Shown: piece by piece, positions 36,822 through 44,794 of the stretch | Numbering within the stretch: the first letter of the stretch is position 1 | How the letters are laid out: each line of letters starts with the position of its first letter | DNA from: a virus | Virus record (IMG/VR): IMGVR_UViG_3300026680_000001 | Coordinates: 7,089 to 71,088 of that record | DNA length: 64,000 bases | Reading direction: 5' to 3' (one strand) | Translations under genes and position numbers: made by a program | Notes under the pieces: model-generated | Databases searched by the model: none | What the model was told of the DNA's origin: nothing | Seen by the model: the letters and a program-made list of their open reading frames with translations, nothing else

Positions 36822-37238
36822 TCATCGTTTCTCAGTGGACGGAGCGGGACCGCACTTGGACGCGTGCCGGTACACGGCCCCCGGCGACGCCGGGTACACA
36901 GCGTAAACACTGACCGTCACTGGTTCCTCATCCGGAAAGCCCAGTCGTCTAACAGACAACACGTCGCCGTCACGGGCCAGGACCACGAACTCAGGATTCC
37001 AGCGCTCAGCGTGAAGTGCGCCTACCCCGGCCACTCCCTGCGGTGGGGCCGGCGGGTCGATGAATTTCACTCGTTGGTCCGTCCCACCCTGACCGTAAGG
37101 CTGTGGGTCGAACCCACGCATCAATGACCACTGACGAAGCGGGCACAGGAACTGGCCCCCAAATGACTTCGAGTTATGCCCGAGCCAGAAGCCCTCACCA
37201 GCTGAACACGATCGCAACGGACTCGCGTATGTCATCAT
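36822..37238 (-). CDS. hypothetical protein
   Basis: ATGATG start at 37238 preceded by AGGAGAG. Confidence 0.4.
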   Translation of the reverse strand: MMTYASPLRSCSAGEGFWLGHNSKSFGGQFLCPLRQWSLMRGFDPQPYGQGGTDQRVKFIDPPAPPQGVAGVGALHAERWNPEFVVLARDGDVLSVRRLGFPDEEPVTVSVYAVYPASPGAVYRHASKCGPAPSTEKR

Positions 37239-37377
37239 GACTCTCCTCTGTCGCTCCTGGTCTCTCCCTGACCTTACCACAAAGTTTCGTACGGCGAGAG
37301 TGGACTGAACAGTTGACTCCGAACAGGTAAGGTTTGGTGTAGAGACCCAAACCCCCTCACCCACGTAGGAGATCACA

Positions 37378-38262
37378 ATGGCGGTGATGCCCGGAGTCGC
37401 CTACCGACCAATCAACTACGACAGTGTGGACCGGATGGCCCGTTACGACGTGGTCTGCCTACACACCATCGTCGGGCACGACCCGGCCCCGGCGGCGCAC
37501 TTCTCAGTAGGCGCTGGTGGAGAGATCACCCAAAACCGTGACACCGTATACCAGTCCGCCGCCAACTACACAGGCAACTACCGAGTGATCGCCATCGAGA
37601 CCGAGGACATGGGTCCGGAGTTCGGGTCATGGAACGTCAACGACGGCCATGCCGTACCCGCCTGGACCGACGCACAGTGTGAGGCCATCGCGCGAATCCT
37701 GGTCTGGTGCCATCGGACCCACGGCGTGCCGCTGAGTATGGCACCGAACTCGTGCCCGGCAAGCCGAGGTGTCGGGTACCACCGGATGGGTATCGACGGG
37801 AACTGGGCCGGTTACGCCTACGGCGGTCGGGTGGCCGGATGTGAGGTCTGGACGAGGTCACCGGGCAAGGTCTGCCCGGGGGACCGCCGAATTCGACAAC
37901 TCATTGAACGCGTCCTCCCTCGGGCCGGGGCGCTCGTAGCACCTGGTGGAGGTGTCCGAAACGTGATGCACCAAGAGCCGCTACTCGGTAGCGACGGTGG
38001 ATACATCTCACGAACCCTGCCGATGGCCGTGGGCAGTAACTCCGGCTGTTACAGCCGGGTCTGGCTGTCAATAGCGGGTGACCTGGAAGTACGCGCGACC
38101 GTCTGGTTCCAGGGCGGTCCAAACCCTGCACAGTACGTGGACCAAGTCATCGCAAACGATGACCGGTGGTACCGAGAGATTCCGAGCGGGACAGAGTCCG
38201 TCATCATCCATGCGGCAAGCACCGGGAGTATGGGTCTCATGTTAGAAGGCCAACCGAAGTAA
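37378..38262 (+). CDS. endolysin, N-acetylmuramoyl-L-alanine amidase (Amidase_2/PGRP-like) with C-terminal putative wall-binding region
   Basis: HTIVGH, WCHRTHGVP, GYHRMG and C-x-G motifs of zinc amidase_2 fold. Confidence 0.7.
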   Translation: MAVMPGVAYRPINYDSVDRMARYDVVCLHTIVGHDPAPAAHFSVGAGGEITQNRDTVYQSAANYTGNYRVIAIETEDMGPEFGSWNVNDGHAVPAWTDAQCEAIARILVWCHRTHGVPLSMAPNSCPASRGVGYHRMGIDGNWAGYAYGGRVAGCEVWTRSPGKVCPGDRRIRQLIERVLPRAGALVAPGGGVRNVMHQEPLLGSDGGYISRTLPMAVGSNSGCYSRVWLSIAGDLEVRATVWFQGGPNPAQYVDQVIANDDRWYREIPSGTESVIIHAASTGSMGLMLEGQPK

Positions 38263-38410
38263 CCATGCCACAGCCCCAACCAACCACGGAGCGGGACCAC
38301 CCCCAGATGTACTGGTATGTGGTCCCGCTCCGCAACGACTGCTACAGGGTAGCCGGCTCGGTCACTGGCCGTACACTTATCATCTGGCCCATTACTTGAC
38401 CTCCCCCCTA

Positions 38411-38917
38411 CTACCAGGTCTTGATCCATGCCGTGGCGATCGGGCGGGCCAGGTCCTTGTCGGCTCCGTTGGGCTTTTCGAGGACCCACGCGTCCCCGAA
38501 CCCCTTGGTCTGGCTCGGCTGTTGACCAACGACACCGAGGCAGATTGGCTTCACACGGTCGCCGATATGACGCTTGAGCTGCGACGTGATCACCGTACCT
38601 GAGAAGAACATGCCCCTGACCTCGAAGGGGATCTCGGGAATCGTCTCCGTGACCGCCCCAGAACATACCATCACGTCAGCGGTGATGGACTCGTACTTCT
38701 TCCCCACCGAGCCGGGGAGTCGGCTCTCCCGCTCCTCGATCCGCAGTGGTCGGACTAGGACCAACCGGCCAACCAGATCGTCTGTCTTGACGAACGTGCT
38801 GCTGGCTTCGGTGAACGGGTCGCTACCACCAACATCCAGGTCGAGGTCCGTGTCCTCCGGAGCCGGGACACCCACAGATCGTGGTGTGGTCATTGCTTTC
38901 CTGAACGGGTTGGTCAT
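38411..38917 (-). CDS. hypothetical protein
   Basis: ATG 38917 overlapping upstream stop (ATGA). Confidence 0.4.
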   Translation of the reverse strand: MTNPFRKAMTTPRSVGVPAPEDTDLDLDVGGSDPFTEASSTFVKTDDLVGRLVLVRPLRIEERESRLPGSVGKKYESITADVMVCSGAVTETIPEIPFEVRGMFFSGTVITSQLKRHIGDRVKPICLGVVGQQPSQTKGFGDAWVLEKPNGADKDLARPIATAWIKTW

Positions 38918-39546
38918 GCTGTCAACTCCTCTGTTCTCCACTCGATATCAGTGTTGCGTGGGTCATCGCCGAGGCCCCCGAGCCCGGCCGCCCACCGTAC
39001 GGCCTCACCGGCTAGCTGACGGTACCGGGGACTGTCATACAACGGGTTCCGCCCGCTCGGGTGCGGGATGGCGCAGAACCGGCCACGGCGCTCGAACCAG
39101 TCGAGGTCAGTCAGGCCAAAGCTGGCCCGGACGTGCGCGCCGAGCAGTAGCATACGGGTCTCCGGGCCAACCTCGACTATCAGCTCGCCCCGCCGCCGCT
39201 GCGCCTCCACTTCTGACCACCCACCCTTGGTCTGGAGAAGGTTCACCCGTCTCAGCCTCGCCAGATACTGCTCGATCGAAAGCTCCGACATGGTATGGAG
39301 ACGCGCGCCTGCGGAACCGCTCGGGTATGGGAACAAGGTGCAGGTCTCCCACCCGGCACTGCCTGGCATCTCCCCGACGATTACTCCAACGGCCGGTACG
39401 TCAGGCAGTTCACCGACACGGGCCAGCCACGCGAGAACCCGCTCTCGTGAGTTCAACGTGACTCGTCCACGCTCGTCAACAGTTGTGATCAGCAATCGAT
39501 TTCCAGTCTCACTGGTCACTGTCACGATCAGGGCTGGCCAGTTCAT
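38914..39546 (-). CDS. uracil-DNA glycosylase superfamily protein (family 4/5-like)
   Basis: GEMPGSAGWETCTLFPYPSGSAGARL (GE-x-PG...F-x-G-x-AG) and C-terminal AIPHPSGRN (HPS) motifs. Confidence 0.55.
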   Translation of the reverse strand: MNWPALIVTVTSETGNRLLITTVDERGRVTLNSRERVLAWLARVGELPDVPAVGVIVGEMPGSAGWETCTLFPYPSGSAGARLHTMSELSIEQYLARLRRVNLLQTKGGWSEVEAQRRRGELIVEVGPETRMLLLGAHVRASFGLTDLDWFERRGRFCAIPHPSGRNPLYDSPRYRQLAGEAVRWAAGLGGLGDDPRNTDIEWRTEELTA

Positions 39547-40832
39547 CGGTCCTCATCACTCTCAGCTATCCATTCCCACCGACATATAAATGAGTCCCGA
39601 ACCTGCTCGGTAAGAACACCATGTTGCTCTGCGACATCCCAGAGAACGGCGAGTTCTTCGACATAGCCGGCAACCTTGATACCCGCCAAAATGGTACCTT
39701 CGGTGACCTGTTCCAGCACAGTCCCACCCGTATCACCGATAATGTCTGTCGGCGTCGCACTATCATGGGTCGGCCACGGCTCTACCTCATTCCCCCGGCC
39801 CATAAGGGCGTTCTTCACGTCCTCAGTGAGCAGTCCATGCCGATCCGCGATGTCCCAGAGCGTAGCTAGCTCTTCAACGCTCTGTGCGGCTATCACATCC
39901 TTGATAATGCCGTCTGTGGTGGCCACACAGTCATCCCATGGCACCTCCTCATCGTCAGGACCACCCGCACCAGCCGCCAGCGACGCACCATCATGGGTCG
40001 GCCACGGTTCCACCAGCCCGCCCGCTTTGGCCACCCGTCGCATCTCCCGGACTTCGCTGGCCTTCTCGGCGGCGATGCGACCACCCACCAGGTTGAGTTT
40101 GTGCACCTCACCATGACCGCTGCCGGCTGGTACGTGAATCACGGCACCGACCTCCTGGTCGAACTCAGGCATCGGCTGGAACTCGCCCGTCCGCCAGTCC
40201 CAAACGTGGGTCGCGCTGGCATACAAGTAGATCTGGACCGCGATCTCCAGCCAGTTGTAGTCCAGGTTCTGACCCGACTTGAAGTCGCCCACGACGAGTC
40301 CGGGGCGGTGCGCGGTCCACAATCCCCGATCTAGTCGGCCGACCACCCCGTAGTCCAGGTTGAGCACACACACCTCGACCATGCCATCTGCCACGGCCAG
40401 CCCATGGCGTTCCAGGGCCTCGTAATAGGCGGCCACGTCACTGGCCAGGATGTGCGGGACGTGTACATCCTGGCCGAGGTCACGATATTCCAGGATCTTA
40501 TGCAGGGCACTGCCCAGCTCTGCCCCGGCAAAGGCCCCGGCAGACTCCTTCGCGGCCTCAGCGATGGCCTGGATCTCGTCCCGGTTGTCATTGCGGGCCA
40601 GTGCGGCTACGGCCTTCGCCCTCAGCTCGTTCTGGGTGGCCATCCCTTCGACGACCTTCCGCTGTCGCCACTGGTCGAGCGCGTACGAGTCCGCCAGTAT
40701 CTTCGCGAAGTTGGTCACGCGCTGCCATGTCCGTATCCGGCCCGTATTCGGGTCGGGGACCACGTACCGTCCACCCCGGATCTCCGGGCCGTCGTGACCG
40801 CTGGACGGAGTACTGAAAGGATCACCGCTCAT
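39543..40832 (-). CDS. PD-(D/E)XK-family nuclease (Cas4/RecB-like) with duplicated C-terminal about 60-aa module
   Basis: GRLDRG...LVVGDFKSGQ motif; two C-terminal repeats VEPWPTHD...ELAxLWDxAxxHGxLTExV; N-terminus MSGDPFSTPSSGHDG identical to next gene. Confidence 0.5.
   Translation of the reverse strand: MSGDPFSTPSSGHDGPEIRGGRYVVPDPNTGRIRTWQRVTNFAKILADSYALDQWRQRKVVEGMATQNELRAKAVAALARNDNRDEIQAIAEAAKESAGAFAGAELGSALHKILEYRDLGQDVHVPHILASDVAAYYEALERHGLAVADGMVEVCVLNLDYGVVGRLDRGLWTAHRPGLVVGDFKSGQNLDYNWLEIAVQIYLYASATHVWDWRTGEFQPMPEFDQEVGAVIHVPAGSGHGEVHKLNLVGGRIAAEKASEVREMRRVAKAGGLVEPWPTHDGASLAAGAGGPDDEEVPWDDCVATTDGIIKDVIAAQSVEELATLWDIADRHGLLTEDVKNALMGRGNEVEPWPTHDSATPTDIIGDTGGTVLEQVTEGTILAGIKVAGYVEELAVLWDVAEQHGVLTEQVRDSFICRWEWIAESDEDR
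40789..40832. repeat. copy 1 of exact 44-bp direct repeat at the 5' ends of two adjacent leftward genes; copy 2 at 41438-41481
   Basis: GCCGTCGTGACCGCTGGACGGAGTACTGAAAGGATCACCGCTCA identical at both sites; encodes (M/V)SGDPFSTPSSGHDG on minus strand. Confidence 0.85.
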
Positions 40833-41488
40833 GGTTGCCTCACCTCCGGCAACGGTGTGTACGTCGCCACATCAGACAGCGTTTTAGCATCCAGGCCAGC
40901 AGCGGCAAACTCTTGTACTGCACTGGTCAGTAACGTGAAACCCCGACTTGGAGTGAGTATGGACAGACCTTCATCACGGGTATCGATTCCATTCTCCCGC
41001 GCCGCAAGGAACTCAACAGCGCAACCTGCACTGTATTGCCATCCGTCAGCGAACACGACGGTTTGGACAAACTGTTCGATGATAGCCGTCCAGAACTGGT
41101 GATAGTCTGACTGATCCCAGCCATCGATACCAACGAACAGTGTTGGATCGATGACGGGGCCGGTGACCTGCCGACGTACCCGCGCAATGACATCTCGCGC
41201 ATTGTCCAAATTCACCCTGACAACGTTCTCCTGGTGAGCACCCTGGTATTCGGGGTGTGATTCTTCCAGTTGCGGGTTTTGTCGTCTCCACGACAAGTAT
41301 GACCGTCCAGTGGTGATTGGCACACTGACGTAGGTAACGTCACGATCAGTAATGCCGCAGCACCGTATCATAGACAGTAACGTGTCTTGAACTTGGCCAC
41401 CCATTAACTCATCCTCCTGAACCCGCGAACCGGTCGAGCCGTCGTGACCGCTGGACGGAGTACTGAAAGGATCACCGCTCACCACCAC
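40829..41488 (-). CDS. DUF4406 (nucleoside 2-deoxyribosyltransferase-like) protein
   Basis: YVSVPITTG, VIDPTLF, ADGWQYSAGCAVEFLAARENGIDT resemble the DUF4406 family; GTG start; N-terminus SGDPFSTPSSGHDG shared with upstream nuclease. Confidence 0.5.
   Translation of the reverse strand: MVVSGDPFSTPSSGHDGSTGSRVQEDELMGGQVQDTLLSMIRCCGITDRDVTYVSVPITTGRSYLSWRRQNPQLEESHPEYQGAHQENVVRVNLDNARDVIARVRRQVTGPVIDPTLFVGIDGWDQSDYHQFWTAIIEQFVQTVVFADGWQYSAGCAVEFLAARENGIDTRDEGLSILTPSRGFTLLTSAVQEFAAAGLDAKTLSDVATYTPLPEVRQP
41438..41481. repeat. copy 2 of exact 44-bp direct repeat
   Basis: See copy 1. Confidence 0.85.
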
Positions 41489-41817
41489 ACCTCCGGTGGT
41501 TTAGCAGCCTCGACCTGTTCCACAGAAGCGGCCGCTATGCGCAGTTTACTCTCGGTCACAGATCTGGTAGCCACCATGTCAAGCGCCTCTGCGGCGCTCG
41601 ACTCGACCATGGGGCCACGATGACGAACAAGCTCTGGCCATTGCTCCATCACCGGAATCGACCAGTCAGCGTGGTCTACGGATACGTGTACCCATTTATC
41701 GCAAGTTCTGGAAACGACCCACGGCTCGCCGTCCCGGTCCAGCACAACTTCCACACCGTCATCAGCCGGTATGCCGGCATCATTCTTCCACCAACATCTC
41801 CGAGTCACGCCCCTCAT
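41479..41817 (-). CDS. hypothetical protein
   Basis: 112-aa ORF. Confidence 0.35.
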   Translation of the reverse strand: MRGVTRRCWWKNDAGIPADDGVEVVLDRDGEPWVVSRTCDKWVHVSVDHADWSIPVMEQWPELVRHRGPMVESSAAEALDMVATRSVTESKLRIAAASVEQVEAAKPPEVWW

Positions 41818-43445
41818 CTCCCATCCACAAACCGGTCGAGCCGTCGTGACACCAGCTCGGTACTGATCATGTCACTGATCTCTCCCTGACGACGGTCACC
41901 AGGATCGATCCCAAGGGCCTGCGCGAACGCAAGCTGACGTGGCTTCGGCCTGGCCCGTCGCCAGCTCGACGACCGTGAGCTGTACGTGCCGTTCTCACGG
42001 GCGTACCCATCGGCCCAGGCCATGGCGTAGCCGACGGTGGTGCCATGGTGGAGCCGCTGCGCCACACCTGGCCCCGCCCCCAGCGAGACCCGGCCGACAG
42101 TGAACACCGCGTCACCGCTACCGTCAGTCTCCGGCCAGATGAAGAAGGCATCATCGGCGCTCGGGATAAACCAAACACCACCATGAGTTCGTAGCCAGGT
42201 CGACGACGACTGGTCCAGGACCTGGAATGCCTCCGAACCCAGCTCACCGGCCAGTGCTACCGGCTCGAATCCGGAGTCCGGGTCACGAACCTTACCCACC
42301 CGGCGGATTGACTCCATGAGGCTCTCGCCATCGCCGGTATGGTCCAGCCCCGGGGCCAGGTCCGCCATCGTGGCGACCTGGTGTCGCCGCGACACCCCGG
42401 TCAGGTCGATCACGATAGCCTCGACCTTGCCAGGGTGTGGTCGCAGCACTCGCCCGACAATCTGGGCGTAAGTGCCGCTGAACAGCACAGGCCGAGCAAC
42501 GATCACCACTGTGGCCGCCGGCTCATCGAATCCCTCGGCCAGGACCATGCAGGTAACCAGGCACCGTGTCTTCCCGGTCCGGAACCGCGCGTAGAGCCGT
42601 TGCCGCTCGTCCAACGGCGTGTCCCCGACAATCACACCCACGGGCACGCCGGCTTGCTCCATGGACTCGGCCCATGCCCGCGCCGTGGCCACCGTTGGCG
42701 TGAACATGATCGCGGGTTGGTCGTCGCTGTGTCTCCGGTACGCCCGCGCGGCGGCCTCCCCAGCGCCGGCCGCGTGCATCGCCTCACCGAGCGGGCCGTC
42801 CCGGAACTCCCCGCCAGATGTGGGGCAGCGTCCCAAGTCCAGGCCGTCCACGGTGACCCGGTGCCCACGCGCGTCGACGAGCCAGCCAGGTGGGATGAAG
42901 TACGGGATGTCACGGTGGTAGGCGACGCCGTCCCAAACAGTGTCGAGCCCCCGGCCGTCAGCCCGTGCCAGCGTCGCGGAGAACCCCACGGACCGGGTCC
43001 GGCCGTCCATGACGCCGAAATGGTCCAGGACCGCCACGTACGATTTGGCCGCCGCATGGTGGGCCTCGTCGACGACCACGAGGTTGAACTGGTCTCGGGG
43101 GACACGGTCTCGGCGAGCCTTCCGGGCAAGGGTCTGCACCGAGGCGACAACCACCCGCCGGTCCCAGTCGTCCCGCGCGGCCTTGACCACGCCGATGTCG
43201 TCACTAAGGTCCGGGTTCGCTCCTGCGATCTTCCGGACGGTCTGCCGAAGCAGCTCATCCCGGTGGACCAGCACAAGCGCCCGGCCACGCTGCTCGACCT
43301 CGCGCCGCACGTGCTCGGCGAAGCAGACCGTCTTGCCGGTGCCGGTTGGCAGGCTCACGGCTGGACGGGTCGTTCCCGCCATCCAGTCACGCTCTACGGC
43401 GTCAATGGCCTCTTCCTGGTATGGACGCAAGGGCAGGGCGGTCAC
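41814..43445 (-). CDS. SF2 DEAD/DEAH-box-type DNA helicase
   Basis: RPYQEEAID, Walker A LPTGTGKT, DEAH box VVVDEAHH; GTG 43445 with AGGAG RBS and GTGA overlap with upstream gene. Confidence 0.75.
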   Translation of the reverse strand: MTALPLRPYQEEAIDAVERDWMAGTTRPAVSLPTGTGKTVCFAEHVRREVEQRGRALVLVHRDELLRQTVRKIAGANPDLSDDIGVVKAARDDWDRRVVVASVQTLARKARRDRVPRDQFNLVVVDEAHHAAAKSYVAVLDHFGVMDGRTRSVGFSATLARADGRGLDTVWDGVAYHRDIPYFIPPGWLVDARGHRVTVDGLDLGRCPTSGGEFRDGPLGEAMHAAGAGEAAARAYRRHSDDQPAIMFTPTVATARAWAESMEQAGVPVGVIVGDTPLDERQRLYARFRTGKTRCLVTCMVLAEGFDEPAATVVIVARPVLFSGTYAQIVGRVLRPHPGKVEAIVIDLTGVSRRHQVATMADLAPGLDHTGDGESLMESIRRVGKVRDPDSGFEPVALAGELGSEAFQVLDQSSSTWLRTHGGVWFIPSADDAFFIWPETDGSGDAVFTVGRVSLGAGPGVAQRLHHGTTVGYAMAWADGYARENGTYSSRSSSWRRARPKPRQLAFAQALGIDPGDRRQGEISDMISTELVSRRLDRFVDGR

Positions 43446-43759
43446 GACAGCTCCTGAGCAGTCCGGGGACCTGTTTGGACGGCCTCTGAGGATAAATCTA
43501 TGGCTGCTAGGCCACCGCCACCCATCGCACGGACAAAATCCGCCGTTGCATCGCACACGTCCGCGTTAGTCCAGCCTCGTTGGACTCCAAATGGCAACTG
43601 ACCGTCACGGAGAAGCTGGCGCTTCCCCCAGCTTCTCCCGACAGTGAGACAAAAAATGTCAGCCCAGGACCCGTCACGAGCGACCCTGGTTACCTCGATG
43701 AAGACCCGCACACAGGGTCGCTGATCCGCATGTACCACATAACGATCACCTCGTTTCAT
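43442..43759 (-). CDS. hypothetical protein
   Basis: 105-aa ORF; translationally coupled to helicase. Confidence 0.35.
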   Translation of the reverse strand: MKRGDRYVVHADQRPCVRVFIEVTRVARDGSWADIFCLTVGRSWGKRQLLRDGQLPFGVQRGWTNADVCDATADFVRAMGGGGLAAIDLSSEAVQTGPRTAQELS

Positions 43760-44544
43760 ACCGACCTTGCAGCGTCAGGTGGTTCAGGGTCACCCGACTG
43801 GCCACAGAGCCAGACTTGGACAGCACCGGGGGTTCCAGCGGCGACATACTCCCACCGGGGATCGTCAGGCCCCGGTTCCCAGTCGTCCGGTGGGTCGAGT
43901 GGCGGGTCCGGTGCTGGACCTCCACACGGGTAGTTCTGATCAACCCAATGCAAGGAACCCCAGTCAGCCCAGATCTCACGGACAGTCAACGGTCGGATAT
44001 GACGTTCCCAGACACGAACATCATTCCACTGGAGACCCCGTGCGCTCGCGTACGCATCAGCGGCAGCATTCTGTGACTGTGACGTGGTCAGCGTCGAGGT
44101 CCAGCCTGGCATGACCCACTCCGCACGTCGCACACAGCCGGGTGGATCGCATCGGTGACCACCGTGCCAGCAGTAACCGTCTACGTGGTCATCGTAGGGC
44201 TCGTCGAATGGGTGAGTCATGAGCTGGAACGTTACCTTGCAGTGTTGATGGCCCAGCGGACGCACGAGCTGGCCAACCTCGGACAGCATCACCCAGCTTC
44301 CAAGTGTCCGCGTCCCGCAGCACAACTCCGTAACCGCCTTCACTGACCCTCCTGCTGCCAGTTGGGACGCTAGCAACCCATCACTGTCACACATCACTGG
44401 CTTGTTCTCCCGTCCCGCGACCAGAAGCGTCTGGTAGGGACAGTAGCAGTCAAGGAGGTCCATGAGCAACGGTCGCGCCGTGTTACGGTAGCCGGGAGTT
44501 TTCCTTGGCCCTGGGCCACAGAGTTGGAGGAGATCCGGTGACAA
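43756..44544 (-). CDS. hypothetical Cys/His-rich protein (first gene of leftward operon; true start may be internal)
   Basis: 262-aa ORF divergent from the excisionase-like gene. Confidence 0.35.
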   Translation of the reverse strand: MSPDLLQLCGPGPRKTPGYRNTARPLLMDLLDCYCPYQTLLVAGRENKPVMCDSDGLLASQLAAGGSVKAVTELCCGTRTLGSWVMLSEVGQLVRPLGHQHCKVTFQLMTHPFDEPYDDHVDGYCWHGGHRCDPPGCVRRAEWVMPGWTSTLTTSQSQNAAADAYASARGLQWNDVRVWERHIRPLTVREIWADWGSLHWVDQNYPCGGPAPDPPLDPPDDWEPGPDDPRWEYVAAGTPGAVQVWLCGQSGDPEPPDAARSV

Positions 44545-44768
44545 GTGTCAACGACAAGCTGGTCGCCGGGGGAGAGGAACTCCTCACCCGGGCACAGGCT
44601 GCAGACTATCTCAAGGTTTCGCTCCGAACGATCGACCGGCTCGCCCGGTCAGGGGATCTGACAAAGCTCTATGTGACCCGATGGTCACCTCGGATCAGGC
44701 AGGGCGACCTTGAGGGGCTCCTGAGAGCTGTGAGACCAGCAAGACCCAACCAACCGATCGTCGAGTGA
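44538..44768 (+). CDS. excisionase/AlpA-like HTH DNA-binding protein
   Basis: GTG 44538 with GGAGGA RBS; LTRAQAADYLKVSLRTIDRLARSGDL HTH typical of excisionase-family regulators. Confidence 0.5.
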   Translation: MTSVNDKLVAGGEELLTRAQAADYLKVSLRTIDRLARSGDLTKLYVTRWSPRIRQGDLEGLLRAVRPARPNQPIVE

Positions 44769-44794
44769 CGGCTCTGCGTTGACGGGAGTCGGTC

